NCBI RefSeq assembly: GCF_030144855.1
Contig: NC_082710.1
Span: 149,172,001 to 149,236,000 of the forward strand
From: Hypanus sabinus
Lineage: Eukaryota
DNA length: 64,000 bases
Reading direction: 5' to 3'
A program made the position numbers and the translations under genes. The notes beneath the pieces were generated by a model. The model did no database searches and was not told the DNA's origin. It was given only the letters and a program-made list of their open reading frames with translations. Within the stretch, counting starts at the first letter, position 1; each line of letters opens with the position of its first letter. This document shows positions 60,176-64,000 of the stretch, in pieces.

Positions 60176-62779
60176 TTATTTTGTTATGTCGACTGTAATG
60201 AGTTTTACATCCAGTAGAGGGAGACAGAGATTACTTTTTACATTTTTACTTTTTATTTAGGCAGGTGGAGTTTATAATTGCTTTTTATGAATTCTTTGGG
60301 GCTTGCGTCTATTGATATTGATTTATTTCTGGGCTTTGTAGTTTGGGTGGGTTTTTTTATTTTATCTTTTCTTATTTTTTATCCCCATTATGGAATCCCG
60401 GAGCGTACGCAAATTATTATTATTGTTGTTTATCTCCGTCATTCTCGACTATCTTATCCTGACATGCGTCTAACTACTTTTTTTTAGATATGAAGTCTCA
60501 TGATGATATTTAAACAGTTAAATGTTTTAAGTTGGGATGTCCGTGGTTGGAACCATCCTATTAAGTGCAAGAAAACATTTAAAACTATTAACTGATTCCA
60601 ACCTGATATAATTTTTGCATAAGAGTTGCATATCAAGTTATGTGATAAAAATTGAATTTTTAAATTTTGGAAGGATCCTTAGTTTCATACAAATTCTCAA
60701 AATAAAATTAGAGGTGTCTCTATTTTTATTGATTCCAATATGCCTTTTAACCAAGAGGATATTATAGCCGATATTAATGGTAGATTTTTGATTGTTAAAG
60801 GAACAATTCTTAACAGGAAAATGATTTTGTTTAATATTTATGGACCAAATGTTGATGATCCCTCATTTGTTAAAGCTGTCTTTGCTCTATTACCTGATCT
60901 AAATGAATATATGTTATTAATGGATGGTGATTTTAATTCTTGTTTAAGTCCCTTAATGGATAAGTCATCATCCAAATATCAACTCCCTAATCGTTCTGCA
61001 TCACTTATTAATTCCTTTTAAATTGATTATGGCTTAATTGTAAGTTGGAGGTATATACATCCTAGTGATAGAGAATATTATTTTTCTCACATGTTCATAA
61101 TAAATATTCGAGAATCCACTATTATATAGTCGACCCTTGACTTCTATTTAATGTTCAGAAATGTGAATATGATGCAATTATTATCTCTGATCATGCTCCT
61201 TTAAACCTAATATTTGAACTAAAAGATGTTGCTTCTACCAGACCACTTTGGCGTTTTCCAGAACATTTGTTACAAAGTTCAGAATTTTTTGAGTTTATTG
61301 AAACTCAGATAAAAGAGTTTTTTCTCTTTAATAATACAGGATACGTCTCAAAGTTAGTGATTTGGGATACATTAAAAGCCTATTTACATGGTCAGATTAT
61401 TTTGTATATAGCTAAATTGAAGAAACAGACAAGAATGGAATTAGATAAAACCTCTAAACAAATTAAAGACTTAGATAACATCAATGCAACCTCTCCAAAT
61501 GTTGTTGTGTTTAAAAGAAGAGTGGAATTACAATCACAAATATAATTTATTATTAACTTATCCTATTGGAGGATATTTGCTTACATTGAAAAGTCAGTTT
61601 TATATTCTTAGGGATAAAGATAATAAGCTCTTAGCCTCCCAATTAAGGGCAGCTAGAGCTAAGACACAAATTTTAAAGATTTGTAAAGAAAATGGAGATA
61701 TAGCAAGTAACCATGAAGACATCAATAATATTTTTCAGGACTTTTACTCTGATCTTTCGAGATCTCAATTTCCTGCAGACTCCTCCAAAATGAAGGCTTT
61801 TTTACATGATTAAATTTCTTCAAATTACTGTTGAAGATCAACAGATTTTTGATGCTCCAATTACTGAGCATGAAATTCAGAAAGTTATGTTGTCAATGCA
61901 ATCAGTTGAAGCTTCTGGACTTATTCGGTAGAATTTTACAAAAAAATTGAAAGATTACTTTCTCCATACCTTTTGGAAATATTTCATGAATCCTTTGAGA
62001 AGGGTAATTTACCTTCTTCTTTCTATGAAGCGTCTATTTCCTTAATCCTTAAGAAAGATAAAGATCCTACTGAATGTTCATCATATAGAACTATTTTGTT
62101 ATTAACTGTTGATGCAAAAATCCTTTCTAAAATAATAGCTGACTGCTTGGAAAATATTTTAACTAAAATCATCTCTAAGGATCAAACAGGCTTTATTAAA
62201 GGCCATTACTCTTTCTCCAATGTTCGGAGACTGATTAACATCATTATCTATGGAACCCCAATGTGTTATTTCTCTTGACACAGAAAAAGCATTTGATAGT
62301 GTTGAGTGGTCATATCTGTTTAAAGCATTAGAACAATTTGGTTTTGGTAATAATTTCAATAGGTGGATTCAAAAGATCTATAAGAATCCTACTGCTATGG
62401 TTATTACTAATAATTTCAGGTCCTCTTTTTTCACTTTTGCGTGGTACTAGACAGGGATGTCCATTAAGCCCGTTGCTATTTAATCTTGTACAGGAGCCTT
62501 TGGCCATAACACTCCGAGAAGGTAAAAATATCCATGGTATCTCTATGAATGGGACCATACATAAGTTTTCTCTTTATGAAGATGATATTTTGGTTTTTAG
62601 TTCGAACCCTGAGGAATCAATTCCTAATCTTTTGGAAATACTAAAGGATTTTGGAAAATTTTCAGGATATAAACTTAACTTGAATAAAAGTGAATTGTTT
62701 CCATTAAATGCCCCTGTTTTTATACATAATGATATTCCATTTAGAATTGTTAATTCTTTTAAAGATTTAGATAAGCTGT

Positions 62780-63810
62780 TAACTGTCCTGTGCTATTATC
62801 AGTGGGATCATCAGTTGACCTGCCACCTGTCTTCAGGAGTTTCGGCCCGTTTATGATCAAGACTCCCTCGAGGTGGTGGGCCAGCAGTGCTAAAGCACCA
62901 CCTCCCACTGATGAGCTTAACAACTTGGCATCTGCCTCTATCAGAGTTGTTGGTCGCTTCCATCCAACAGATAGTCCACTCTTCAGGTATCTATGCAGCT
63001 AATGAAGAGTTTACAAAAGATGGATACACTGTCCGATTATCTCCCCTTTGGACGTACTTGGTCCACACCCATGATGATCCTGTCTCTGTTGCCTCAGCTA
63101 CAGCCCTGCTGGTTGACTTGATCTCTCTTCTAGTGAAGCCAAGGTCACGCAGCCACTTCTGGAAAGTGAACGCAATAAAGCCACGGCACCCTACTTTGAA
63201 TGGATAGCATGAGACCGTCCACCCTCTGTCTCTGCAATCTGATCTTTATTCTGCATACTTGGTTAACTTGTGCTCATGGGCTTCATCGATGTTGTTTTCC
63301 CAGGGGACTGTGAGTTCTCCAATAACCATCTCTCTACTGGTGTCAGACCATGCGATTATATCTGGATGCAATGTGGTGAAAACTATTTGCTCCGGGAAAC
63401 TGCCTCTCCCATCCAGTTCGGCCTTGACACACCAATCATTGGCTGAAGAAAGTATGCTCGATCGTGGGCCTGCGCTGTACACCCTTGACTTGGAGCCATC
63501 TTACACAAATGATATGCGATGTTCTGTGCAGCATGGGGCATGAGATAAGTTGTGCTGCAGTACTCTCTGCTCAACCGCTTCTGTTACAACTTTGAGAACG
63601 TTGTTACGACTCCAAGTGTACACGCTGCTGAAAGATTGACCCTGCATGCACTCAAAATATGCTGAAGTGTTCCCTTCTCACCACAACCAGCACACCTGTC
63701 TGTCTTATCTTCATACCAGGTGCTGAGGTTGGCAGGTGTTGGGAGCAGGTCAGACATTGCTCTGTATAGAAAAGAAATGTGGAGCAGTTCCATCTGCCAC
63801 AGAACATTCC
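62780..63810 (-). mobile_element. 3' fragment of an RLE-type (R2-group, HERO-like) non-LTR retrotransposon nested in L1 ORF2
   Basis: LPTPANLSTWY...CAGCGEKGTLQHILSAC (CCHC knuckle, ORF 63584..63793) and PDIIAWSD...ELTVPWENNIDEAHEHKLTKY (restriction-like endonuclease, ORF 63246..63482). The L1 frame resumes after about 63810. Confidence 0.75.
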
Positions 63811-64000
63811 AAGATAGGTGTCTTGGATATAAAGATATCCAATATAAAGATCTCTATAAGGCTAATGTAGTTCCTTTAATGGACTCCATGAAACAACTAT
63901 TTTCTAGATGGAATCCACTTACTCTTTCTTTAATAGGTCATATCCATGCCGTGAAAATGATGATTTTACCTAGAGTTTTATATCTTTTTCAAAATATACC

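Larger units (their letters stand above)
58640..64000 (+). mobile_element. L1-clade LINE, near full length but degenerate: 5' UTR, ORF1 (~58730-59657), ORF2 EN/RT from ~60490, continuing past the window end
   Basis: ORF1 AHRIG...IAVRFLRFRDKDRII...EDFPREI; ORF2 LSWDVRG, NIYGPN, GDFN, YRTILLLTVDAKILSKI, DTEKAFDSVEW, GTRQGCPLSPLLF; many stops and frameshifts. Confidence 0.9.

Overview
Vertebrate genomic DNA, by inference from a cartilaginous fish (probably a ray), covering part of the MHC class I region. The inference rests on the class I sequence style and the dense CR1, Penelope and V-SINE repeats. Two host genes are supported. (1) The 5' end of TAP1 on the minus strand: first coding exon 3980-3494, a probable non-coding first exon, and an IRF/NF-kB promoter at about 4640-4770. 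(2) A complete classical-type MHC class I heavy-chain gene on the plus strand: 7 coding exons from 20628 to 52286, a 3' UTR exon, and an SXY/ISRE/CRE promoter. The two genes diverge, with start codons 16.6 kb apart, and I could not find PSMB9 between them. The 18.9-kb intron between the alpha1 and alpha2 exons is almost entirely a tandem array of three decayed copies of one class I (epsilon/gamma-like) endogenous retrovirus. The copies are joined by a pogo-family DNA transposon and appear to descend from a single integration. The rest is LINE, SINE, LTR and MITE debris plus several mini- and microsatellites. All coordinates were read by eye; repeat boundaries are approximate.
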